NCBI GenBank assembly: GCA_017502165.1
Contig: JAFVVO010000019.1
Span: 63,415-127,414, forward strand
Source: Clostridia bacterium
Lineage (GTDB): Bacteria; Bacillota; Clostridia; Christensenellales; QALW01
Direction: 5' to 3'
Length of the DNA stretch: 64,000 bases
Shown here: one piece after another, positions 39,902 to 49,200 of the stretch
Numbering within the stretch: position 1 is the stretch's first letter
How the letters are laid out: each line of letters opens with the position of its first letter
Program-made: the position numbers and the translations under genes
The notes under the pieces: model-generated
Seen by the model: only the letters and a program-made list of their open reading frames with translations
What the model was told of the DNA's origin: nothing
The model's database searches: none

Positions 39902-40815
39902 TGAAAAAACCAAGGTCTTATAAATTAGGCTTAATGACAAGACGTTCTTTGTCAGGCTGGCTCTTCGTATTACCCTTCCTTATCGGTTTGATATTCTTCG
40001 TATTATCACCCCTTTATACTGCATTGGTTCTTTCCTTTAACTCACAGTCCTTTAACGACGTTACGGGAATTACAAGCCTTGTACCGTTGGGACGTCACGG
40101 CTTTGAAGCATATTTTAATGCACTTCAGTCACAGGGCGATTTCATTACTCATCTGTTAGAATCTCTTTCAGAAATGATAATTATGGTTCCCACGACGCTT
40201 ATCTTCAGCTTCCTTATGGCTAACGTTCTTAACCAGAACTTCTTTGGAAGAACCTTCTTCCGTGCAGTATTGTTCATGCCTGTTATTACTTCAGCAGGTG
40301 TTGCGGCTTCAATGCTTGCCGGTGAAACCGGTGTTGACTCCGGACAGATGTCTTCAGTTGGCTCTCAGGCTATGAACTTAGCGGGAAGTATTCAGGATTC
40401 CATCGGCGGCACCTTTGGTAACTTTATCGGAACTGCTTTTGATAAGCTTACGGTAATTATTAACGGTGCAGGTGTTCCGACACTTATTTTCCTTGCTGGC
40501 TTACAGACCATTTCACCCTCAATCTTTGAATCTTCAAAGGTTGAAGGTGCAACCGGTTGGGAAAACTTCTGGAAGATTACTTTCCCCATGATTAGTCCTA
40601 TGATTCTCGTTAATACGGTATATATCTTAATTGATAACCTTTGCGGAATGACCAATCCTATGCTTGCATATTTGTTTGACCAGCAAGGAAAGGGAGCTAC
40701 CGGTGTAGCGCAGTATGACCTTATGGCTATGAGCTGGATGTATTTCTTGGTTACTGCAGTTATTATCGGCGCAGTTTCAGCGGTTATTTCGAAACTCGTT
40801 TATTATGAGAACTAA
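39901..40815 (+). CDS. Carbohydrate ABC permease
   Basis: FLAGLQTISPSIFESSKVEGATGWENFWKITFP. Confidence 0.9.
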   Translation: MKKPRSYKLGLMTRRSLSGWLFVLPFLIGLIFFVLSPLYTALVLSFNSQSFNDVTGITSLVPLGRHGFEAYFNALQSQGDFITHLLESLSEMIIMVPTTLIFSFLMANVLNQNFFGRTFFRAVLFMPVITSAGVAASMLAGETGVDSGQMSSVGSQAMNLAGSIQDSIGGTFGNFIGTAFDKLTVIINGAGVPTLIFLAGLQTISPSIFESSKVEGATGWENFWKITFPMISPMILVNTVYILIDNLCGMTNPMLAYLFDQQGKGATGVAQYDLMAMSWMYFLVTAVIIGAVSAVISKLVYYEN

Positions 40816-40828
40816 GGGGGTGTAGAGA

Positions 40829-41866
40829 ATGGAAAAGACAGAAAACGTAAAACGCACTAACGAAGTTGGCGCTGAAGAGGTTGATAACTTCGTGATACCT
40901 ACACTCACTACTTGGCAGAAAATAAAGAGATTTATTTTAGGCAAAAGAGTGCTTGGCTTCGGCTGGGGCATTATTCGTACGATACTTTTATTAGGTATTG
41001 CTTACCTTATCATTTATCCCTTGCTTATTACCTTAATAACGTCATTTATGTCTTCTGCAGACGTTTATGACCCCACGGTAATTCTTATCCCCACTTCAAT
41101 TAACATAAATACGTATGTTGCTATGTGGAGATATGCTGAAATTCCTACACTTTATCTTAATTCCTTTGTTTCGTCCATTAGCTTGGCAGTGCTTCAGATG
41201 TGCTCCTGTATGTTGGTTGCTTATGGATTAGCAAGATTTAAGTTTAAGGGAAATAACTTTATTTTCCTTATGTGTATCTTTACACTTATGGTACCCATTC
41301 AGATGCTTACCACCTCAATGTATTTCAGATATAAGACCTTTAACCCCTTATATATGTTCTCATTCGGTGAGCAGCTTTCAATGGTTCCCAATATCGACCT
41401 TACTCGCGGTTGGACGGCTATCGGATTGCTTTCAGCAACTGCAACGATGTACAGAAACGGCTTGTTCGTGTTCTTGCTTCGTCAGTATTTCGTTAACCAG
41501 CCTAAAGAGCTTGAGGAGGCTGCATATATCGACGGCGCAGGTCCTTTCAGAACCTTCGTTCAGGTTATGCTTCCCAGTGCAACGCCTATGCTTGTAACTG
41601 TTTTCCTGTTCGCTCTCGTTTGGCAGTACAATGATATTTACTATATCACAATGCTGAATCCCACTGCAGAGGTTATGGCAACACGAATTTCAAGTATGGG
41701 TTCAAGCTTCGTAAGTTCAGTTCTTCACATTTCAGGTGACCAAGTTCTGAACTCCTTGTATCAATCGGCTTGTACGGTTATGCACGTAGCGCCCATCGTA
41801 GTTATTTATTGCTTTGGCCAGAAATTCTTCGTTCAAAGTATTGAACGCTCAGGTATGGTTGGCTAA
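40829..41866 (+). CDS. Carbohydrate ABC permease
   Basis: PKELEEAAYIDGAG..VMLP; QKFFVQSIERSG. Confidence 0.9.
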   Translation: MEKTENVKRTNEVGAEEVDNFVIPTLTTWQKIKRFILGKRVLGFGWGIIRTILLLGIAYLIIYPLLITLITSFMSSADVYDPTVILIPTSININTYVAMWRYAEIPTLYLNSFVSSISLAVLQMCSCMLVAYGLARFKFKGNNFIFLMCIFTLMVPIQMLTTSMYFRYKTFNPLYMFSFGEQLSMVPNIDLTRGWTAIGLLSATATMYRNGLFVFLLRQYFVNQPKELEEAAYIDGAGPFRTFVQVMLPSATPMLVTVFLFALVWQYNDIYYITMLNPTAEVMATRISSMGSSFVSSVLHISGDQVLNSLYQSACTVMHVAPIVVIYCFGQKFFVQSIERSGMVG

Positions 41867-41875
41867 TAAAAAAAT

Positions 41876-41908
41876 AAGGCATATTGCTAATGCAGTATGC
41901 CTTTTTTT
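41876..41908. terminator. Bidirectional terminator between the uptake operon and csfB
   Basis: AAGGCATATTGC-TAAT-GCAGTATGCCTT followed by a T-run. Confidence 0.8.
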
Positions 41909-41915
41909 GTTAATT

Positions 41916-42074
41916 TTATTCAAATATTTTTTTTAGCTTGCTTACGCACTTATTATAGCCTGATGAATGTACCTGGGCGGTGAGAATTTTCCATTCGCAG
42001 TCAGAACAGATGTACTTGCCCAAAATTTTAAGATTATCGTTTTTTTCCTTTTCGCAGATGCAGCACTTGCTCAT
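41916..42074 (-). CDS. csfB: Sigma-G inhibitor Gin/CsfB (52 aa, absent from the ORF track)
   Basis: MSKCCICEKEKNDNLKILGKYICSDCEWKILTAQVHSSGYNKCVSKLKKIFE: CxxC..ICxxCE..Y..KLK pattern; GAGGTG RBS. Confidence 0.8.
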   Translation of the reverse strand: MSKCCICEKEKNDNLKILGKYICSDCEWKILTAQVHSSGYNKCVSKLKKIFE

Positions 42075-42146
42075 TTTATCACCTCAAAATAATTATGAAT
42101 AACTTTTTTGTATTATATTCAATAAGATGATAAAAGGTTAAAAATA

Positions 42147-42171
42147 CCCCCGACAGAGCTTTTGTCGGGGG
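42147..42171 (-). terminator. Terminator of the rfbA-kinase unit
   Basis: CCCCCGACA/TGTCGGGGG stem followed by TATTTTT on the minus strand. Confidence 0.75.
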
Positions 42172-42176
42172 CGTCT

Positions 42177-42881
42177 TTATTCGGATTCTGACATTACCTT
42201 ATATGCAAGGCGGGCGGCATTCTCATCGGGCAGGCAACGAAGCCTGTAAAAAGGAACCGTTGCAATTAACTTATCCAATAGCGTAAGCAAGGCACCGGTT
42301 TTATCAGAGCCTGCTCTGCGAAGGGTTTGGGAAAGGATTAACTGCAAAATTTCTATTGGAGACGTAATTCGCTCAATAGAATTTTCCTTTGCGCGCTCAA
42401 TAAAGCAAATAGCCTTAAGGGGAACCTTGTGGTCTACGTTAAGATCCGTTTTACCGCTCCAGGGAGTACCGTAGGCGTAAAACTTACCGTTCTCAAGGCG
42501 AAGGGCAGGCTTATCGTCATTAAGGATAACAGCACCCTCAAAAGCTTTCAACCAAAGACTCGTGTGGGTGGATTTTCCCGTGCCCGAGTCAGCTGAAAAC
42601 AAGTAAGCGTTACCGTTATACTCTACGGCTGAAGCGTGCAAAACCAAACTGTTTCTCAAAAGAAGCTGTGAAGCAAAATCCTTGCCTAAGGTTACGTAAA
42701 CAAGGCTTTCCCAATTACCATCGGGGTGAGAAGCAAGAAATTTGTCGATGCGTTCCTGAGGGAAGCTTAAGGTAAAATCAGGAGAATCAGACGGGGAAGC
42801 TAAATACTTCTCCGCCTTCTTAAGCAGCTTTCCTCTGCAAAGCATATTTACCGTAAAATCGGCAATTTTATACGTTTTCAT
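42177..42881 (-). CDS. HPr-kinase-like P-loop kinase of the type found with PqqD/RRE genes
   Basis: LHASAV, SADSGTGKST, ILNDD, YGTPWSGK; lacks the N-terminal domain of canonical HprK. Confidence 0.82.
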   Translation of the reverse strand: MKTYKIADFTVNMLCRGKLLKKAEKYLASPSDSPDFTLSFPQERIDKFLASHPDGNWESLVYVTLGKDFASQLLLRNSLVLHASAVEYNGNAYLFSADSGTGKSTHTSLWLKAFEGAVILNDDKPALRLENGKFYAYGTPWSGKTDLNVDHKVPLKAICFIERAKENSIERITSPIEILQLILSQTLRRAGSDKTGALLTLLDKLIATVPFYRLRCLPDENAARLAYKVMSESE

Positions 42882-43774
42882 TAAAACTTTTTATTTCTTT
42901 CAGCAAGATTAAGAATATATTTACCGTAATCACTGGTCTTGGTTTCTTCACCTAAAGCCTTTAACTGCTCGGTTGTGATAAAGCCTCTGCGCCAAGCAAT
43001 TTCCTCAATACAGGAAATGTAGAAGCCCTGAAGGGACTGAACTGCCTGAACGTAGGAGGAGGCGGTAAGCATACCTTCGGGAGTGCCGGTGTCAAGCCAA
43101 GCCATACCTCTGCCCATTAAAATAACGTTCAACTCACGGCTCTCAAGGTAAGCGTTGTTAACTGCGGTGATTTCGATTTCGCCGCGGGCGGAGGGTTTAA
43201 CGTTTTTAGCAATTTCAATTACGCGGTTATCGTAGAAATAAAGACCGGGAACAGCAAAGTTGCTTTTGGGGAATTCGGGCTTTTCTTCAATGGAAATAAC
43301 CTTGTGGTTTTCGTCAAACTCTACTACACCGAAAGCGCGGGGATCAGATACGGGATAACCAAAGATGGTTGCACCGGTTTCAAGAGTTTTCGCGCGGAAC
43401 AGAAGCTGTGAGAAGTTTTGACCGTAGAATACGTTGTCACCTAAGATAAGGCAAACATTGTCCTCGCCAATAAACTCTTCACCGATAATAAATGCGTCAG
43501 CAAGGCCTCTGGGGGAGTCCTGAACGGCATAGGTGATAGAAATGCCTAAGCGTGAACCGTCACCTAAAAGACGGCGGTAAAGGGGAGTGTCTTCCGGAGT
43601 GGAAATAATAAGAATCTCATCAATTCCCGCAAGAAGTAAAACCGAAAGGGGATAATAGATAAGAGGTTTGTCGTAAATGGGTAATAACTGCTTTGAGATA
43701 ACCTTTGTCATGGGATAAAGGCGAGTGCCCTTACCGCCAGCAAGAATAATACCTTTTGTTTTTTTATTAGTCAT
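42881..43774 (-). CDS. rfbA: Glucose-1-phosphate thymidylyltransferase
   Basis: [48 protein letters not shown]. Confidence 0.95.
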   Translation of the reverse strand: MTNKKTKGIILAGGKGTRLYPMTKVISKQLLPIYDKPLIYYPLSVLLLAGIDEILIISTPEDTPLYRRLLGDGSRLGISITYAVQDSPRGLADAFIIGEEFIGEDNVCLILGDNVFYGQNFSQLLFRAKTLETGATIFGYPVSDPRAFGVVEFDENHKVISIEEKPEFPKSNFAVPGLYFYDNRVIEIAKNVKPSARGEIEITAVNNAYLESRELNVILMGRGMAWLDTGTPEGMLTASSYVQAVQSLQGFYISCIEEIAWRRGFITTEQLKALGEETKTSDYGKYILNLAERNKKF

Positions 43775-43881
43775 TATGTTTTCCTCCGAGTTGAATGTGT
43801 TTTTTTATGCCTTTGCACAAAAATACGGGCTATAGGATCATCACCAAGAATTAAACCCGTCTGATTAAATTCTGTACAATA

Positions 43882-43910
43882 ATTATATCACTTAATGCCC
43901 GTTTTTGCAA
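43882..43910 (-). promoter_or_regulatory. Internal sigma-A promoter for rfbA-kinase
   Basis: TTGCAA-N17-TATAAT with TG extension. Confidence 0.6.
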
Positions 43911-43914
43911 TACG

Positions 43915-44175
43915 TTATTCAAAAATGTCCAATTCTTTTAATTTTGAAATAAAAGCGTCCGTGTCCTTTTTAGCAGTTTCAGCGTCAATATCATACTCGT
44001 GGGTCAACGCTTCTGCCACCGCATCTTTGTCTGCTCCGTCGGTGAGCAGGCTCCACATAAAAACACCGGTGTCGTTCAGCGTAAGCATTCCTTCAAAGCT
44101 TGAGGAAGCGCTTGATGAAATAATAACGTTGACGCCTGCAACCCGGCGCAAAACAAAGCTGTTCTTAATTTTCAT
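43915..44175 (-). CDS. Stand-alone PqqD-family RiPP recognition element (86 aa)
   Basis: MKIKNSFVLRRVAG..LNDTGVFMWSLL..EYDIDAETAKKDTDAFISKL; start ATG 44175 after GGGAG. Confidence 0.88.
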   Translation of the reverse strand: MKIKNSFVLRRVAGVNVIISSSASSSFEGMLTLNDTGVFMWSLLTDGADKDAVAEALTHEYDIDAETAKKDTDAFISKLKELDIFE

Positions 44176-44229
44176 AAAAACTCCCGCAAAGTTAAAAATA
44201 TATTGTGTTAAAAGTTTTTTAACAAGCAT

Positions 44230-44259
44230 ATTATACAGTATGCGCAATAGCTGTGTCAA
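44230..44259 (-). promoter_or_regulatory. Sigma-A promoter for the PqqD/RRE gene
   Basis: TTGACA-N18-TATAAT. Confidence 0.75.
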
Positions 44260-44328
44260 GTCTAAAAGCCGTTTTGATATCTTGTGAATTTTATATAAAA
44301 AATAAAAGATAAAAAATAAAAAAAACGA

Positions 44329-44357
44329 TTGACATACCATTTATGCCGTGCTATAAT
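44329..44357 (+). promoter_or_regulatory. Consensus sigma-A promoter for the small peptide gene
   Basis: TTGACA-N17-TATAAT, TG extension, A-tract UP element at 44297-44325. Confidence 0.85.
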
Positions 44358-44423
44358 ACGGGTGTATAAAAATAATGCTCTATTTATGTGCTTGAATAAA
44401 ATAGGAATAGGAGATTGATTACA

Positions 44424-44540
44424 ATGAAAAAGCAGTATACATCACCTGAAGTTGAAGTTTTAGAACTCAAGAATGCCAGCATTTTAACAGAAGTACTTGA
44501 AGAAGGCGGCTTTGACGACGTAACACCCGAAGAATCCTGA
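44424..44540 (+). CDS. Putative RiPP precursor peptide, 38 aa (absent from the ORF track)
   Basis: MKKQYTSPEVEVLELKNASILTEVLEEGGFDDVTPEES; AGGAG RBS; own promoter and terminator; YxxP leader next to an RRE. Confidence 0.8.
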   Translation: MKKQYTSPEVEVLELKNASILTEVLEEGGFDDVTPEES

Positions 44541-44586
44541 TAGGTCTATTTTAATATAGGCTTGATTTTCTATGCATTTAATTATT

Positions 44587-44610
44587 AAAATGAGCCGATA
44601 GGCTCATTTT
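44587..44610 (+). terminator. Terminator after the peptide gene
   Basis: AAAATGAGCC-GATA-GGCTCATTTT perfect hairpin. Confidence 0.8.
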
Positions 44611-44651
44611 GCATTTTTGGCAGATTTTATCAAATAATATCAAAATATATC

Positions 44652-44683
44652 AAAAAAACAGATGCAAAGTGCATCTGCTTTTT
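44652..44683 (-). terminator. Terminator of the ileS operon
   Basis: CAGATGCA-AAG-TGCATCTG with A/T runs. Confidence 0.7.
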
Positions 44684-44685
44684 GT

Positions 44686-45396
44686 TTATTCAATATTCAG
44701 CTTAAATAACGTCCAAGGGGCAATTTCGGGGGGATAGCAAATAAATTGCATGGATTCCTTCTTAGTCGGATGAATAAGCGCAAGCTTTACGGAATAAAGG
44801 GCAAGCTGTTGACCTTTTTTGTTGATTCCGAAGCCGTAACGCTGGTCACCCCAAAGGGGACAGCCAATATGCGCCATCTGAACGCGAATCTGGTGTGAAC
44901 GGCCCGTTTCAAGCTTAACCTGAAGAAGTGAAAGAGTGCCCTCGGGCGTTTCTGCCTTTTGTAAAAGCTTATAATTAAGAATTGCCTTTTTAGCGCCTTC
45001 AACGGACTGCGGAACAACCTCAACCGTGTTGGTGCGCTCGTTCTTTTTAAGGTAGTTAACAAGTCTGCCTGCAGTTTCTCTCGGAACACCGCGAACAACG
45101 CAATAATAGGTGCGCTTGAGCTCGTTTTCCTTTAACTGTTCAGCTAAACGGGAAGCGGCTTTTGATGTACGGGCAAAAACTGCCAAGCCGCCTGCAGGAC
45201 GGTCTAAACGGTGAACAAGACCTAAATACGCTTCACCGGGCTTGTTGTATTTAACGCGTACGTATTCCTTAAGTGCGGCGTGCATTGATTCGTCACCGGT
45301 GGCGTCACCTGCAATAATCATATTTTGAGGCTTTTCAGCAACTATTATGTGATTGTCTTCGTATAAAATCTCAAACATATTTTTTACCTTTCCCAT
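44686..45396 (-). CDS. RluA-family pseudouridine synthase
   Basis: LYEDNHII, VHRLDRPAGG, ETGRSHQIRVQ, GDQRYG. Confidence 0.93.
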   Translation of the reverse strand: MGKVKNMFEILYEDNHIIVAEKPQNMIIAGDATGDESMHAALKEYVRVKYNKPGEAYLGLVHRLDRPAGGLAVFARTSKAASRLAEQLKENELKRTYYCVVRGVPRETAGRLVNYLKKNERTNTVEVVPQSVEGAKKAILNYKLLQKAETPEGTLSLLQVKLETGRSHQIRVQMAHIGCPLWGDQRYGFGINKKGQQLALYSVKLALIHPTKKESMQFICYPPEIAPWTLFKLNIE

Positions 45397-46244
45397 CTTC
45401 CTGAAGCACCGCAGGGAAGAATAATATTGCCGTGCTTTGCCTTTAAGCCAATTTCCTGCGCGTCAACCTTGCCGCCGAAACGGGAGCAAATGGTCTTTTC
45501 GATAACGTTGCGAAGAACTAACGGCTGAAGTCCTGTAGTGTAGCTGTTTAACAGTAAGAATAAGGGCTCGTCAGAAAGAATTTGCGCGCAGCTTTCCATA
45601 AAGGGATAGAGCATTTCTTCAAGATGCCACAATTCTCCGCCGGGACCTCTGCCATAGCTTGGGGGGTCAAGAATAATACCGTCGTACTTGTTGCCGCGTC
45701 GAATCTCACGCTGAACGAACTTAAGACAGTCGTCGGTTATCCAACGCACAGGAGCGTCGGAAAGACCTGATGCCGCAAGGTTTTCCTTGCCGATGGCAAT
45801 CATGTTTTTTGCCGCATCAACGTGGCAAACCCGTGCACCTGCAGAAGCGCAGGCAACGGTTGCTCCGCCGGTATAACCAAAGAGGTTAAGCACGTTAATG
45901 GGACGGTTGGCGTTTTTAATTAATCCGCGCATCCAATCCCAGTTAACCGCTTGCTCGGGGAAAAGTCCCGTATGCTTAAAGCCCATGGGGCGAACGGTAA
46001 AGGTTAAGTCTCGCCAGGAAACGTTCCAGGAATCAGGAACTTTTTTCAGAAAATCCCACCCGCCGCCGCCTAAGGAGGAGCGCTTATAAATGGCGTGAAT
46101 ATTCTTTTTGTTTAATTGTTCGGAGTATGGCCAGATAACCTGAGGGTCGGGGCGAAGGAGAACAACGTTCTTCCAACGCTCCAGCTTCATACCGTCACCG
46201 GTATCAAGCAACTCATAATCCTGCCAGGAATCAGTTACTAACAT
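45384..46244 (-). CDS. Class I SAM-dependent methyltransferase (RlmI/K-like)
   Basis: Start MLVTD at 46244 (TGATG overlap); HTGLFPEQ, LNLFGYTGG, ILDPPSYG. Confidence 0.88.
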   Translation of the reverse strand: MLVTDSWQDYELLDTGDGMKLERWKNVVLLRPDPQVIWPYSEQLNKKNIHAIYKRSSLGGGGWDFLKKVPDSWNVSWRDLTFTVRPMGFKHTGLFPEQAVNWDWMRGLIKNANRPINVLNLFGYTGGATVACASAGARVCHVDAAKNMIAIGKENLAASGLSDAPVRWITDDCLKFVQREIRRGNKYDGIILDPPSYGRGPGGELWHLEEMLYPFMESCAQILSDEPLFLLLNSYTTGLQPLVLRNVIEKTICSRFGGKVDAQEIGLKAKHGNIILPCGASGRWER

Positions 46245-49200
46245 CAGATTTTTTCCATAGATATAACGCACTTAAGGTCGTTAATATCCCATTCTTTATT
46301 ATTTTCAAGGGGCTCGCCAACTGAAACGGAATCAGCAAGGCAATCGTCTGCGATTGAAGCGGCGTAAGCTTCAACAACCTCTTTAATCTTACCGTCAGCG
46401 GTGATTACAAGGTTAATGTGGTCTGTAACTTCATAGCCCGTTTCCTTACGCATGGTCTGAATCTTGGAAACAAGCTCACGCATATAACCTTCGGAAATAA
46501 GCTCGTCGGTAAGGTTGTTGTCGAGAACTACCGTGATTTCAGAATCGCTCTGAGCGGTAAAGCCTGATTTGTTTGCAGGAGTAATAAGTAAATCCTCCTG
46601 AGTAAGAATAACCTCGTTTGAGTCAATATCAAGCTTGATACTGCCTTCTGCGTTAAGCTGACGCATTAAAGCGGAGCCGTCTGCAGTAGCAAGCGTTTTG
46701 CCGATAAGACCAACTAATTTGCCATACTTAGGACCTACGGTGCGAAGCTGTGGCTTAAAGGTATAGGTGATGAAATCACTTGAATCGTCGGTAAACTTAA
46801 CTTCCTTAACATTTAACTCGTCTTCAATTTCCTTGCAGAACATTTCGGGAAGCACCTTGGCGCCGCTGATGAAAAGGGTCTGAAGGGGCTGACGGTTTTT
46901 AATGTTTGCGTCGTTTCTGCAAGCACGGCCGAGAGCAACTGCCTTAAGAAGATAATCCATATTATCTTCAAGCTCTTTGTCAATCCAAGCGGTGTTAGAG
47001 GCGGGGAATGAACAAAGATGAACGCTTTCGGGTGCAGTAGAGTCAACAGAGCAAACAATGTTGCGGTAAATTTCTTCAGCAACGAAAGGAGTATAAGGAG
47101 CGGTGATCTTTGTTAAGGTTTCTAAAACGGTGTAAAGAGTCATATAAGCGTTAATCTTATCCTGAGTCATTTCCTTGCCCCAGTAACGCTCACGGCCTCT
47201 GCGGATATACCAGTTAGAAAGTTCGTCAACAAAATCGTTCATAGCTCTTGCGGTTTCGGTTATGCGATAGTTTTCAAGTCCTTCGTCAACAAAAGCAATA
47301 AGGCTCTGAAGACGGGAGAGAATCCACTTATCCATAACGGAAAGCTTGTCGTATTCTAAGGTGTATTTAGTTGGATCAAACTTATCGATATTTGCATACA
47401 TAACGTAGAAAGCGTAGGTGTTCCACAAAGTACCCATATACTTTCTCTGTGCTTCGCTTACGGCTTCACCGTAGAAACGGGAGGGAAGCCAGGGAGAAGA
47501 GCCTGTGTAGAAATACCAACGAACTGCGTCAGCACCCTGCTTATCAAGAATGCTCCAGGGGTCAACAACGTTGCCCTTGTGCTTGCTCATCTTGATGCCG
47601 TCCTTGTCGTTAACGTGACCTAAAACGATGCAGTTTCTGAAAGGTGCCTTGTCAAAGAGCAAGGTTGAAATTGCCAAAAGTGTATAGAACCAACCGCGAG
47701 TCTGGTCGATTGCCTCACTTATGAAATCAGCGGGGAAGAGCTTATCGAAAAGCTCCTTGTTTTCAAAGGGGTAGTGTAACTGCGCAAAGGGCATGGAACC
47801 GCTATCAAACCAGCAGTCAATAACCTCAGGTGCACGGTGCATTTCGCGTCCGCACTTTTCGCACTTGATGGTAAGAGGATCAAGGAAAGGTTTATGAAGC
47901 TCAATATCCTTGTCACAGCCCGTTAATTTAACAAGCTCTTCTCTTGAGCCTACGGTGTGGAAGTGGCCGCACTCACATTCCCAAACGGGAAGAGGAGTAC
48001 CCCAATAACGCTCACGGGAAAGACCCCAGTCAATAACGTTTTCAAGGAAGTTGCCCATTCTGCCGTCCTTAATGCTTTCGGGAATCCAGTTAACAGAACG
48101 GTTGTTGCGGATAAGCTGTTCTTTAACGGCAGTCATCTTAATAAACCAAGTGCTGCGTGCGTAGTAAATAAGAGGAGTATCGCATCTCCAGCAGAAAGGA
48201 TAGCTGTGAGTAAATTCAACTGCGCGAACAAGCTTGCCCTGCTCTTCCAGGTCTTTGATAATAACCTTGTCAGCATCTTTAATGAACATTCCTGCATAGG
48301 GAGTAGCTTCATCAACAAAGCAGCCCTGAGCATTGATAAGCTGAACGAAGGGAAGATCGTTTTCTCTTCCAACACGCGCGTCGTCCTCACCGAATGCGGG
48401 AGCAATGTGTACGATACCTGAGCCTGCATCAAGTGTAACGTAATCGTCGGCAACAACGTACCAGGCGCGTTTGTTGGTTTTTGCAAAGTCGAATAAGGGC
48501 TCGTAGTCCAAGCCGCAAAGGTCAGCACCAAGAAGAGTCTTTGTTACTGTTGCGCCTTCACCTAAAGCGCTTTCAAGCAATGCCTTTGCGCAAATATAGG
48601 TTTTGCCCTCAAAATCAGCATAAACGTATTCTTCTTTTGCGTTAACGCAAAGTGCAACGTTAGAGGGAAGCGTCCAGGGAGTTGTGGTCCAGGCAAGAAG
48701 GAAGGTGTTATCCTCGCCCTTAACCTTAAATGCAACGAAAACGCTGGTTTCCTTAACGTCTTTATAACCTTGGGCAACCTCGTGAGAAGAAAGGGCAGTG
48801 CCGCAACGGGGACAATAGGGAACAACCTTGTGTCCTTTATATAAAAGTCCCTTGTCGGCAATAGTTTTAAGTGCCCACCATTCGCTTTCAATGTAATCGT
48901 CCTCATAGGTTACGTAGGGATGCTCCATATCAACCCAGTAACCTACACGGTCACTCATTTTCTCCCATTCGCCCTGATATTTCCAAACGCTTTCCTTGCA
49001 ACGCTCAATAAAGGGCTCGATACCAAAATCTTCGATCTGAGGCTTGCCGCTGATGCCAAGCTGCTTTTCAACCTCAAGCTCAACGGGAAGACCGTGAGTA
49101 TCCCAACCTGCCTTACGAAGAATGTGGTAACCCTTCATAGTGCGGTATCTGGGAATAATATCCTTAATAACACGGGTAAGAATGTGACCGATATGGGGCT

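Noticed and set aside
42177-42881. Canonical HprK/P
   Set aside because: Too short; lacks the N-terminal domain and the HprK signature. The GTPWSGK motif fits the PqqD-associated subfamily.
43810-43880. Fluoride riboswitch
   Set aside because: TGATGATCCTA resembles its 3' end, but the GGNGAUGG..UCNCC 5' stem is absent and the downstream gene does not fit.
44176-44340. N-terminal extension of PqqD and the + strand 130-aa ORF
   Set aside because: Runs through the divergent promoters; the RBS supports 44175.
42177-44540. Complete lasso peptide cluster
   Set aside because: No asparagine-synthetase-like cyclase or transglutaminase-like B2 peptidase in the window, and no T-x-G junction in the peptide; kept only as a RiPP-like module.
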